DNA of 64,000 nucleotides from Nemertoderma westbladi. Its lineage: Eukaryota > Animalia > Xenacoelomorpha. The stretch covers positions 62,001-126,000 of the forward strand of contig JAUCBJ010006774.1 of assembly GCA_032718475.1 (NCBI GenBank), written 5' to 3'. This document shows, piece by piece, positions 23,326 through 35,700 of this stretch; position 1 is the stretch's first letter; each line of letters begins with the position of its first letter. The notes beneath the pieces are model-generated. The model saw only the letters and a list, made by a program, of their open reading frames with translations, searched no databases and was not told where the DNA came from. The position numbers and the translations under genes were made by a program.

Positions 23326-23911
23326 AATCAAACTTATTTTATTATATTAATAATGTAATAATCAATACACCCGAAATGAATACACCTTAACATGAATAAT
23401 ATTGATTAATTTACAAGAAAAATATACGGTAAGATAAACAGAGATGAGATTTAAATTTCCCACCCAACCGGTAACTATTAGCAGCCAATGAACAGTGAGC
23501 TACAAGTTGCAGCTAATTTCCATCCCCACTGTCCAATAATATCCCAGCTCAACCTGATGTTGATATAACAGAATGCAGGGCTTATTGGTGGAGGTTCTGG
23601 CTCTGGTGCACTAGAAAAACCAATATCCTGCTAGTATTATATTTACAATTTATCATTTAACAAAAACAGCACATTTATATGTATTACTCTATTTTATTGT
23701 TTAAAAATATAAAATGTTGTTTTATACCACTGGCTTACCATAATATTGTTGTGTCAATCTTATCTTCTAAACCATGCGAACGCAGTGTAATATGTACCGT
23801 TTTTCTGTTTTTTTGTACTGGTACTTTTATTACAGTTAATTACAAATCATTATCATATAGGCTATAATATAATTATCATATCATTAGGCAACACTGATAA
23901 ACTCAAATACA

Positions 23912-26900
23912 ATGGAATCCCTAGATAATGGTATTATAGTCTGCCCAATATGTTCCCAAACAATAGAAAACTCTTCAGACTGCGTTGAACACATCAATAT
24001 GCAACATAATGGATTCAACTACTTCAAGGATTTCTTGTACAAAACAGGAATACTGCGAGCCAAAGATGATGGAATTTGCGAATGCGAAATTTGTCACATT
24101 GAATTTAAAATAAAACAAATTGGCGGCCAACTTCTTAATGAAATACAACTTATTCGACATTTTTTTGTTCAACATTTCAAGACATATGAATTGAACTGTA
24201 CCACTGAAGTTGATTCCAGCGCAAATAAATTCCCTAAGAGAAACGGTCTGCTTCGATTGAAAGAAACAACCTGTGATAACGCCGACTATAACATAGCTTA
24301 TGAAGGGGAGAGGAGCCATCATCGTGGTCACTCAACAAACGTTATTAGTCGAGGAGGAAACAATATGTGTAATATAAGGAAGTTGGGGGTATCAATAATT
24401 AAAAAGCCCGCACCCATTCTCATTAGGCCAAAGAAATCAGGAACCATTGTGTCTATGACAGCGCCACTTAGCGGTAATGTTCCCGGGAGTCCACTATTAA
24501 ATTGTGAACCTAAAGCAGAAACATATAGTGGTAATATTCCTAAGGGATCTTTACCAATAGCTGCTAATGGCAAGTCTAGTTCCAGAAGCATCTCCCACGC
24601 TGTCGCAATTAAACCAGTAAATGTTACCTCAGGTGATCAACTTATTCATTATTCTTCCGTGAATCGATGTCACTCAACTGTCACTCAGCTATCTGTATCA
24701 AACCCTGGCACATGTACCATCACAACTGTAGTACCATATAACCAAATTATACCAATACCCACCCCATCAGTAGTACCAGTTATCCAAACTATACCAATCC
24801 CTTATACCACCCCATCTAGACCTTTAGTACCAGTTAACCCAACTATACCAATCCCTTATACCACCCCATCTAGACCTGTAGTACCAGTTAACCCAACTAT
24901 ACCAATCCCTAGCACAATAGCATCTGTAACGTCTATAAAGCGATCATCTCATCACCTCAAAGTCCCATCCACAACTTTACCGAATATAAAACCAAAGCCA
25001 ATCAGGAACGACGGGAGACGACTGGGTCCCGCTCCAGTAAAACTAACTGACTCAACCGTAGATCAATTGAATAATTATTCATTAATTCCAGTAACATCTA
25101 TGTCACCCGTAATATTATCGAGACAAACATTGAAGACAAAGTTATCTGCAACAGTAAGTTTCCCACCATCTATACTGGGGAGAATAAATAATTCGTTAAG
25201 TGTCCCACCATCTATACTGGGGACAATAAATAATTCGTTAAGTGTCCCACCATCTATACTGGGGACAATAAATAATTCGTTAAGTGTCCCACCATCTATA
25301 CTGGGGACAATAAATAATTCGTTAAGTGTCCCACCATGTATACCAGGGACAATTAATTCTTTAAGTGTCCCACCATGTATACCAGGGACAATTAATTCTT
25401 TAAGTGTCCCACCATGTATACCAGGGACAATTAATTATTTAAATGTCCCACCATGTATACCAGGGACAATTAATTCGTTAAGTGTCCCACCATGTATACC
25501 AGAGACAATTAATTCGTTAAGTGTCCCACCATGTATACCAGGGACAATTAATTCGTTAAGTGTCCCACCATGTATACCAGGGACAATTAATTCGTTAAGT
25601 GTCCCACCATGTATACCAGGGACAATTGATTCGTTAAGTGTACCATTATCTGTAGCGGGGACAAATAATTCATTATCTGTAGCAGTGAATGCCCCACCAT
25701 CTGTAATTGAGACAAATAATTCCTTATCTACCAAACCACATGTCCCCCCACTCCCCTCATTTAAGTTACTCGCCCCTAAATATGTTTCACAACCACTAGA
25801 AACTCACCCAGAGCGCTCACAGGAACTACTACAACCTCGTGAAACTCATCCCCCAGAGCGCTCACAGAAACTACTACAACCTCGTGAAACTCATCCCCCA
25901 GAGCGCTCACAGAAACTACTACAACCTCGTGAAACTCATCCCCCAGAGCGCTCACAGAAACTACTACAACCTCGTGAAACTCATCCCCCAGAGCGCTCAC
26001 AGAAACGACTACAACCTCGTGAAACCCATCCCCCAGAGCGCTCACAGAAACGACTACAACCTCCTGAAACCCATCGCCCAGAGCGCTCACAGAAACTACT
26101 ACAACCTCGTGAAACTCATGCCCCAGGTCGATCACATAAACCAGAGAAATGTCTGAATATAAGTAATATTAAGTCTGCAACAAACTACTCTTCTACCAAG
26201 TTAGAAATAAAAACATCGACTTTGAAACCAAAGGCTAAAATTGATAAGTTAAAACGATTACAGCCGATATTGACTTTGGATAAAAGATTTTATATCAATG
26301 TAACTGGAGCGGATGAGAAAAGAAAAAACAATAAAGTAAAGAAAAAAATATTATTGAGGGAAATACGAAAAAAACAAAAACCTAATATATCAACTCCAAT
26401 GGTTAGTTCGCCGAGCGTCTCTACACCAGCAAATAGAAATGGATTACGTTCTGGTAATGAAACTTTTACCACCAAATGTGTACCCTTGGTCAGCCAACGG
26501 GTGGTCGGGATATCCCCGAGTTCTACCTTTTATAAACCAACGCAGTATCCCACAGTATATACTGCAAACGGAGTTAGGAAACCTCGATCTGGTATCGGTG
26601 TATCTAAGATTGGGATATCACGTAGAAATCAGTTTCATACGCGCAAAGAATCCCGGTACAGACGATTAGCTACAATCCTACGCTGTGGCCAACGCCTCAC
26701 TAAATCATATCGGATGATATCAAACATCGACTCCTGCGGTACAATACAGCCCCCATTCAGTCCCGCTATCCCAGACACCGCAGTCTCTACTAGAGCTAGA
26801 AATACACCGGAAATGGTCACCAGTGAACACTCTTATGCGAAGCAGCCCAAGTTAGCTATCGACAGACACTCGACACTGTTATCGCTCGATAGAAACGCGA

Positions 26901-27043
26901 CAATGGTTTCGGGTGAGAGACAACCGACACTGATTTCGGTAGACCGACACCATTCAGACGCTGGTATTCCCGAAGATAGTTATCTCATACAGTCACCCAG
27001 ACGGAGGAAACAACAGTTAACTTCTAGACTAGGACTGGGGTAA
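23912..27043 (+). CDS. Putative nuclear protein with two C2H2-like zinc fingers, in-frame tandem repeats and an HCF-1-binding-like EHSY motif
   Basis: 1043-aa uninterrupted ORF. CPIC-x8-C-x2-HINMQH and CEIC...HFFVQH near the N-terminus; basic KRKNNKVKKK segment; SEHSYAK near the C-terminus. May be one exon of a larger gene. Confidence 0.7.
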   Translation: MESLDNGIIVCPICSQTIENSSDCVEHINMQHNGFNYFKDFLYKTGILRAKDDGICECEICHIEFKIKQIGGQLLNEIQLIRHFFVQHFKTYELNCTTEVDSSANKFPKRNGLLRLKETTCDNADYNIAYEGERSHHRGHSTNVISRGGNNMCNIRKLGVSIIKKPAPILIRPKKSGTIVSMTAPLSGNVPGSPLLNCEPKAETYSGNIPKGSLPIAANGKSSSRSISHAVAIKPVNVTSGDQLIHYSSVNRCHSTVTQLSVSNPGTCTITTVVPYNQIIPIPTPSVVPVIQTIPIPYTTPSRPLVPVNPTIPIPYTTPSRPVVPVNPTIPIPSTIASVTSIKRSSHHLKVPSTTLPNIKPKPIRNDGRRLGPAPVKLTDSTVDQLNNYSLIPVTSMSPVILSRQTLKTKLSATVSFPPSILGRINNSLSVPPSILGTINNSLSVPPSILGTINNSLSVPPSILGTINNSLSVPPCIPGTINSLSVPPCIPGTINSLSVPPCIPGTINYLNVPPCIPGTINSLSVPPCIPETINSLSVPPCIPGTINSLSVPPCIPGTINSLSVPPCIPGTIDSLSVPLSVAGTNNSLSVAVNAPPSVIETNNSLSTKPHVPPLPSFKLLAPKYVSQPLETHPERSQELLQPRETHPPERSQKLLQPRETHPPERSQKLLQPRETHPPERSQKLLQPRETHPPERSQKRLQPRETHPPERSQKRLQPPETHRPERSQKLLQPRETHAPGRSHKPEKCLNISNIKSATNYSSTKLEIKTSTLKPKAKIDKLKRLQPILTLDKRFYINVTGADEKRKNNKVKKKILLREIRKKQKPNISTPMVSSPSVSTPANRNGLRSGNETFTTKCVPLVSQRVVGISPSSTFYKPTQYPTVYTANGVRKPRSGIGVSKIGISRRNQFHTRKESRYRRLATILRCGQRLTKSYRMISNIDSCGTIQPPFSPAIPDTAVSTRARNTPEMVTSEHSYAKQPKLAIDRHSTLLSLDRNATMVSGERQPTLISVDRHHSDAGIPEDSYLIQSPRRRKQQLTSRLGLG

Positions 27044-27370
27044 CTAACCAACCGTGTCTCGCGTAACCTCAGCAACCGATTCTCTCCGGTAACCTTAGCA
27101 ACCATAACTCGGGGAACCTTATCAACCGTCTCTCACTAAATCATATTAAAAACCCTGCAATCCGTGTAATTTTTCCGTGGTGCGAATATTATTAATAATT
27201 TAAGTTATAGATTATAACAATAATAAAGAATAATGTAATTAACTTTCGTAGCCGGAACAGGATACTTTAATCCACAAACATATTTATACATTTTATACAA
27301 ATTCTGTACAAATATTGACCAATGTTTTTTTCCTAAAAAAGGTAAATCCCCCCCCCCCCCCCCCCCCTAA

Positions 27371-29559
27371 CCCTAATCCGACCGGGGGGGGGGGGTAAAT
27401 TTACCCCACCCTGTTTTTTTGTCATGCATCTCGAAAATTTGTACACCTGTTGCCTTGAAACTTTTTGACTTTTAATATTTTTCTATTTGCAACATTTCGT
27501 GAAAGTTTCGCGAATTTTAGGCACCTCAAAATTTTGGTCTCTCAAATTTTTAATTCGAGCGGAGGGGGGGGGGGGGGGGTGTAAATTTTACCTGTTTTCT
27601 GTTTGTGGTCATGTTTATTGCTTTTATCGAGTAAGGTTGATGCCTGTAGAGGTGAATAGTATCTCTAATAATCCCTTTGTATAATTTTTAAAGCACCCAA
27701 ATATTAAAAGTGCAAGTAAATAGCACTTTTCAAATTCTAAAGTCGAATTATCTCAATCACTTCTATATTTGGATATTTAGGTTTCCAAGGGTCCTGGTTC
27801 CGATCTCATTCATTATTTTCAATGATTATGATGATTTGTCGGTTTTTGGCCTTGAGGCTAACTGAAATTTTTCAAGTATGAAAAATGTACCCTTGAGAAA
27901 ATTAGAACGATACCGGTAAAACACAATTTTTCTTGGTTTTCGAATCGGATTTCGGTTTATTGTTTATTTTATATTAATTACATAAGAGAAAATATTGTTT
28001 GTTTAGGCCAACTTGTAATTTTCCTTTTTGATGTGCTGCCAAAAATTGGTATTGGATCAGTTTCATTGAAAATAATCACTGCCATCGGAATCAGAACTCT
28101 TGAGAACCTGTTCGCGCTTTTAGACCTTTAGCAGTTTAACCTGCCAAATTTAGGTGTCTTCTAGGTTATAAATCGACTTTAGCCTATAACAAGTATTTGA
28201 TACACATAAAGTTACATTAGCCGAAGCCAGCCTATGCGCGATCATTCACCCACGGTTAAGGGAGACTGGATTCGGATGCTCTGACCTTATTGCGGTGTAG
28301 ACCTACTGTACTATTCGATTGATCGTTAATATATAATCTCTGACAAATATTATTCACTTTCGGGAAATATTAACAGTTCCTTTAGGACGTGGCGCTCTAA
28401 GTATGTAAACAGAGTTATGACTTACACTAAACACAACGGGATGGCTAATGATTTACGTATAAAGCGCATTCTTTAGGAAATGCTTTGTTATCTATCACAC
28501 TCATGCACACTACCGCACACTGCTGCACACTGATCTGCCGTCCTTCACTAAATTTGATCATATATAAGGAGAACAGCAACTGACACATGTAGGGTCTATG
28601 AAATAGCATTCAATTCACTCCAAAACCACTATAATGTAAGTCGCAATTGCTATATGTAACCGGTCTCTCTAACCTTCAGTATATCAAGAAGATTGGGGTT
28701 TTATGATTATTTATCGATATTCTCCAAATATAACAACATTCCATCAACTGATAACAATTAATAACCGACAGTAAATAGCAGTAAAATAATGCGGTGTTTG
28801 TATGTGATCAGGTTTGACAATATGAGCAGTTTGTGATGTTTTGGTTGATAACAGTTATACGTTTCTATGATCAAAGCCGTTCTAATGTTTGGCTAAAGTC
28901 TGAAACACAGAATAATTCCACAGCCGATGTTCTGGGCTCAGGAAAAAAGGTAAACAAAGACCATAATGCATTGCGCGATTTCCCGGAGGCTTCTGTGCAA
29001 ATAAAATGAAAATCGCTCTGATTGGTCGAGTGAGTGAGCCTGAACAAAGAAAGCCAAAAGCTCCACATCGACATATCAGCTGATAGATGTCGTCATCTGA
29101 ACTACACTGTATTAAGAGTATTTTGGCGCATTGCGGCATAAAATGGCTTGTTATGTCCGCTAAAGTACACATACAGAAAAATGGCTTTTTATGTCCACTA
29201 AAACACCTACACAGTAAGAAAACGGCTTTTTATGTCCGCTAAAACACCTACAGAGTACTTTGCGGGGAAAATGACTAGCTAGATCCGCAAAAGCCTTTAC
29301 AGAACCTAAATAGAAACAAATTTGACTTATTCTCTAAGTATTTTTTTTTTAATTTGAAAATTTTACTAGTAAATTTCGTGTTTGGGTAATATTCGTTATG
29401 TTGCAAATATATAAAAATTATAGTTCAGAAAGTTTCGGCCAAATAGCTGCTCAGATTTCGAGATACTCAGCATTACATTTGGTGGGGTAAATTTAACCCC
29501 CCCCCCCCCCCACCGTACATTACCCCCCACGTAAATTAAAAAGCCCGGTTGAAATAGGG
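27371..29559. mobile_element. piggyBac-like non-autonomous element
   Basis: Left end (c)TAA-CCCTAATCCGACCGGG; right end CCCGGTTGAAATAGGG-TTAA (reverse complement TTAA-CCCTATTTCAACCGGG). Subterminal GGGGTAAATTTA(C/A)CCC palindromes at both ends; no transposase ORF. Confidence 0.65.
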
Positions 29560-29719
29560 TTAATGCTCCTACTACTGTACTACGGTAAAATGTGTGTTTT
29601 CAATACCCGGGAACCAGAGACCTATCGAGAGACCAAAAAATAGCCCGGAGAATCCAGAGATCAGAGAACAGAGACAGGTTTCTGTTACAACTCTAAGTTA
29701 CTATGGTTACTATGTGCTA

Positions 29720-32700
29720 CAACTCCAAAACCTGAAGAAGCCAATTCGTCAAAGAGGTCGGCGAAATAAATGTTGAAAAGATATGCTGAAAGGATGCCAC
29801 CATGTCTTATGCAGCACGTCAAGGAGGCTGAAAGGATGCCACCATGTCTTATGCAGCACGTCAAGGAGGCTGAAAGGATGCCACCATGTCTTATGCAGCA
29901 CGTCAAGGAGGCTGAAAGGATGCCACCATGTCTTATGCCGCACGTCAAGGAGGCTGAAAGGATGCCACCATGTCTTATGCAGCACGTCAAGGAGGCTGAA
30001 AGGATGCCACCATGTCTTATGCAGCACGTCAAGGAGGCTGAAAGGATGCCACCATGTCTTATGCCGCACGTCAAGGAGGCTGAAAGGATGCCACCATGTC
30101 TTATGCAGCACGTCAAGGAGGCTGAAAGGATGCCACCATGTCTTATGCAGCACGTCAAGGAGGCTGAAAGGATGCCACCATGTCTTATGCCGCACGTCAA
30201 GGAGGCTGAAAGGATGCCACCATGTCTTATGCAGCACGTCAAGGAGGCTGAAAGGATGCCACCATGTCTTATGCAGCACGTCAAGGAGGCTGAAAGGATG
30301 CCACCATGTCTTATGCAGCACGTCAAGGAGGCTGAAAGGATGCCACCATGTCTTATGCAGCACGTCAAGGAGGCTGAAAGGATGCCACCATGTCTTATGC
30401 AGCACGTCAAGGAGGCTGAAAGGATGCCACCATGTCTTATGCCGCACGTCAAGGAGGCTGAAAGGATGCCACCATGTCTTATGCAGCACGTCAAGGAGGC
30501 TGAAAGGATGCCACCATGTCTTATGCAGCACGTCAAGGAGGCTGAAAGGATGCCACCATGTCTTATGCAGCACGTCAAGGAGGCTGAAAGGATGCCACCA
30601 TGTCTTATGCAGCACGTCAAGGAGGCTGAAAGGATGCCACCATGTCTTATGCAGCACGTCAAGGAGGCTGAAAGGATGCCACCATGTCTTATGCAGCACG
30701 TCAAGGAGGCTGAAAGGATGCCACCATGTCTTATGCAGCACGTCAAGGAGGCTGAAAGGATGCCACCATGTCTTATGCAGCACGTCAAGGAGGCTGAAAG
30801 GATGCCACCATGTCTTATGCAGCACGTCAAGGAGGCTGAAAGGATGCCACCATGTCTTATGCAGCACGTCAAGGAGGCTGAAAGGATGCCACCATGTCTT
30901 ATGCCGCACGTCAAGGAGGCTGAAAGGATGCCACCATGTCTTATGCCGCACGTCAAGGAGGCTGAAAGGATGCCACCATGTCTTATGCAGCACGTCAAGG
31001 AGGCTGAAAGGATGCCACCATGTCTTATGCAGCACGTCAAGGAGGCTGAAAGGATGCCACCATGTCTTATGCCGCACGTCAAGGAGGCTGAAAGGATGCC
31101 ACCATGTCTTATGCAGCACGTCAAGGAGGCTGAAAGGATGCCACCATGTCTTATGCAGCACGTCAAGGAGGCTGAAAGGATGCCACCATGTCTTATGCAG
31201 CACGTCAAGGAGGCTGAAAGGATGCCACCATGTCTTATGCAGCACGTCAAGGAGGCTGAAAGGATGCCACCATGTCTTATGCAGCACGTCAAGGAGGCTG
31301 AAAGGATGCCACCATGTCTTATGCAGCACGTCAAGGAGGCTGAAAGGATGCCACCATGTCTTATGCAGCACGTCAAGGAGGCTGAAAGGATGCCACCATG
31401 TCTTATGCAGCACGTCAAGGAGGCTGAAAGGATGCCACCATGTCTTATGCAGCACGTCAAGGAGGCTGAAAGGATGCCACCATGTCTTATGCAGCACGTC
31501 AAGGAGGCTGAAAGGATGCCACCATGTCTTATGCAGCACGTCAAGGAGGCTGAAAGGATGCCACCATGTCTTATGCAGCACGTCAAGGAGGCTGAAAGGA
31601 TGCCACCATGTCTTATGCAGCACGTCAAGGAGGCTGAAAGGATGCCACCATGTCTTATGCAGCACGTCAAGGAGGCTGAAAGGATGCCACCATGTCTTAT
31701 GCAGCACGTCAAGGAGGCTGAAAGGATGCCACCATGTCTTATGCAGCACGTCAAGGAGGCTGAAAGGATGCCACCATGTCTTATGCAGCACGTCAAGGAG
31801 GCTGAAAGGATGCCACCATGTCTTATGCAGCACGTCAAGGAGGCTGAAAGGATGCCACCATGTCTTATGCAGCACGTCAAGGAGGCTGAAAGGATGCCAC
31901 CATGTCTTATGCCGCACGTCAAGGAGGCTGAAAGGATGCCACCATGTCTTATGCAGCACGTCAAGGAGGCTGAAAGGATGCCACCATGTCTTATGCAGCA
32001 CGTCAAGGAGGCTGAAAGGATGCCACCATGTCTTATGCAGCACGTCAAGGAGGCTGAAAGGATGCCACCATGTCTTATGCAGCACGTCAAGGAGGCTGAA
32101 AGGATGCCACCATGTCTTATGCCGCACGTCAAGGAGGCTGAAAGGATGCCACCATGTCTTATGCAGCACGTCAAGGAGGCTGAAAGGATGCCACCATGTC
32201 TTATGCAGCACGTCAAGGAGGCTGAAAGGATGCCACCATGTCTTATGCAGCACGTCAAGGAGGCTGAAAGGATGCCACCATGTCTTATGCAGCACGTCAA
32301 GGAGGCTGAAAGGATGCCACCATGTCTTATGCAGCACGTCAAGGAGGCTGAAAGGATGCCACCATGTCTTATGCAGCACGTCAAGGAGGCTGAAAGGATG
32401 CCACCATGTCTTATGCAGCACGTCAAGGAGGCTGAAAGGATGCCACCATGTCTTATGCAGCACGTCAAGGAGGCTGAAAGGATGCCACCATGTCTTATGC
32501 AGCACGTCAAGGAGGCTGAAAGGATGCCACCATGTCTTATGCAGCACGTCAAGGAGGCTGAAAGGATGCCACCATGTCTTATGCCGCACGTCAAGGAGGC
32601 TGAAAGGATGCCACCATGTCTTATGCAGCACGTCAAGGAGGCTGAAAGGATGCCACCATGTCTTATGCAGCACGTCAAGGAGGCTGAAAGGATGCCACCA

Positions 32701-35700
32701 TGTCTTATGCAGCACGTCAAGGAGGCTGAAAGGATGCCACCATGTCTTATGCAGCACGTCAAGGAGGCTGAAAGGATGCCACCATGTCTTATGCAGCACG
32801 TCAAGGAGGCTGAAAGGATGCCACCATGTCTTATGCAGCACGTCAAGGAGGCTGAAAGGATGCCACCATGTCTTATGCAGCACGTCAAGGAGGCTGAAAG
32901 GATGCCACCATGTCTTATGCAGCACGTCAAGGAGGCTGAAAGGATGCCACCATGTCTTATGCAGCACGTCAAGGAGGCTGAAAGGATGCCACCATGTCTT
33001 ATGCAGCACGTCAAGGAGGCTGAAAGGATGCCACCATGTCTTATGCAGCACGTCAAGGAGGCTGAAAGGATGCCACCATGTCTTATGCAGCACGTCAAGG
33101 AGGCTGAAAGGATGCCACCATGTCTTATGCAGCACGTCAAGGAGGCTGAAAGGATGCCACCATGTCTTATGCAGCACGTCAAGGAGGCTGAAAGGATGCC
33201 ACCATGTCTTATGCAGCACGTCAAGGAGGCTGAAAGGATGCCACCATGTCTTATGCAGCACGTCAAGGAGGCTGAAAGGATGCCACCATGTCTTATGCAG
33301 CACGTCAAGGAGGCTGAAAGGATGCCACCATGTCTTATGCAGCACGTCAAGGAGGCTGAAAGGATGCCACCATGTCTTATGCAGCACGTCAAGGAGGCTG
33401 AAAGGATGCCACCATGTCTTATGCAGCACGTCAAGGAGGCTGAAAGGATGCCACCATGTCTTATGCAGCACGTCAAGGAGGCTGAAAGGATGCCACCATG
33501 TCTTATGCAGCACGTCAAGGAGGCTGAAAGGATGCCACCATGTCTTATGCAGCACGTCAAGGAGGCTGAAAGGATGCCACCATGTCTTATGCAGCACGTC
33601 AAGGAGGCTGAAAGGATGCCACCATGTCTTATGCAGCACGTCAAGGAGGCTGAAAGGATGCCACCATGTCTTATGCAGCACGTCAAGGAGGCTGAAAGGA
33701 TGCCACCATGTCTTATGCAGCACGTCAAGGAGGCTGAAAGGATGCCACCATGTCTTATGCAGCACGTCAAGGAGGCTGAAAGGATGCCACCATGTCTTAT
33801 GCAGCACGTCAAGGAGGCTGAAAGGATGCCACCATGTCTTATGCAGCACGTCAAGGAGGCTGAAAGGATGCCACCATGTCTTATGCAGCACGTCAAGGAG
33901 GCTGAAAGGATGCCACCATGTCTTATGCAGCACGTCAAGGAGGCTGAAAGGATGCCACCATGTCTTATGCAGCACGTCAAGGAGGCTGAAAGGATGCCAC
34001 CATGTCTTATGCAGCACGTCAAGGAGGCTGAAAGGATGCCACCATGTCTTATGCAGCACGTCAAGGAGGCTGAAAGGATGCCACCATGTCTTATGCAGCA
34101 CGTCAAGGAGGCTGAAAGGATGCCACCATGTCTTATGCAGCACGTCAAGGAGGCTGAAAGGATGCCACCATGTCTTATGCAGCACGTCAAGGAGGCTGAA
34201 AGGATGCCACCATGTCTTATGCAGCACGTCAAGGAGGCTGAAAGGATGCCACCATGTCTTATGCAGCACGTCAAGGAGGCTGAAAGGATGCCACCATGTC
34301 TTATGCAGCACGTCAAGGAGGCTGAAAGGATGCCACCATGTCTTATGCAGCACGTCAAGGAGGCTGAAAGGATGCCACCATGTCTTATGCAGCACGTCAA
34401 GGAGGCTGAAAGGATGCCACCATGTCTTATGCAGCACGTCAAGGAGGCTGAAAGGATGCCACCATGTCTTATGCAGCACGTCAAGGAGGCTGAAAGGATG
34501 CCACCATGTCTTATGCAGCACGTCAAGGAGGCTGAAAGGATGCCACCATGTCTTATGCAGCACGTCAAGGAGGCTGAAAGGATGCCACCATGTCTTATGC
34601 AGCACGTCAAGGAGGCTGAAAGGATGCCACCATGTCTTATGCAGCACGTCAAGGAGGCTGAAAGGATGCCACCATGTCTTATGCAGCACGTCAAGGAGGC
34701 TGAAAGGATGCCACCATGTCTTATGCAGCACGTCAAGGAGGCTGAAAGGATGCCACCATGTCTTATGCAGCACGTCAAGGAGGCTGAAAGGATGCCACCA
34801 TGTCTTATGCAGCACGTCAAGGAGGCTGAAAGGATGCCACCATGTCTTATGCAGCACGTCAAGGAGGCTGAAAGGATGCCACCATGTCTTATGCAGCACG
34901 TCAAGGAGGCTGAAAGGATGCCACCATGTCTTATGCAGCACGTCAAGGAGGCTGAAAGGATGCCACCATGTCTTATGCAGCACGTCAAGGAGGCTGAAAG
35001 GATGCCACCATGTCTTATGCAGCACGTCAAGGAGGCTGAAAGGATGCCACCATGTCTTATGCAGCACGTCAAGGAGGCTGAAAGGATGCCACCATGTCTT
35101 ATGCAGCACGTCAAGGAGGCTGAAAGGATGCCACCATGTCTTATGCAGCACGTCAAGGAGGCTGAAAGGATGCCACCATGTCTTATGCAGCACGTCAAGG
35201 AGGCTGAAAGGATGCCACCATGTCTTATGCAGCACGTCAAGGAGGCTGAAAGGATGCCACCATGTCTTATGCAGCACGTCAAGGAGGCTGAAAGGATGCC
35301 ACCATGTCTTATGCAGCACGTCAAGGAGGCTGAAAGGATGCCACCATGTCTTATGCAGCACGTCAAGGAGGCTGAAAGGATGCCACCATGTCTTATGCAG
35401 CACGTCAAGGAGGCTGAAAGGATGCCACCATGTCTTATGCAGCACGTCAAGGAGGCTGAAAGGATGCCACCATGTCTTATGCAGCACGTCAAGGAGGCTG
35501 AAAGGATGCCACCATGTCTTATGCAGCACGTCAAGGAGGCTGAAAGGATGCCACCATGTCTTATGCAGCACGTCAAGGAGGCTGAAAGGATGCCACCATG
35601 TCTTATGCAGCACGTCAAGGAGGCTGAAAGGATGCCACCATGTCTTATGCAGCACGTCAAGGAGGCTGAAAGGATGCCACCATGTCTTATGCAGCACGTC

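Noticed and set aside
23470-23630. Possible minus-strand exon (DIGFSSAPEPEPPPISPAFC...)
   Set aside because: Short open frame with no recognisable motif or partner exon.
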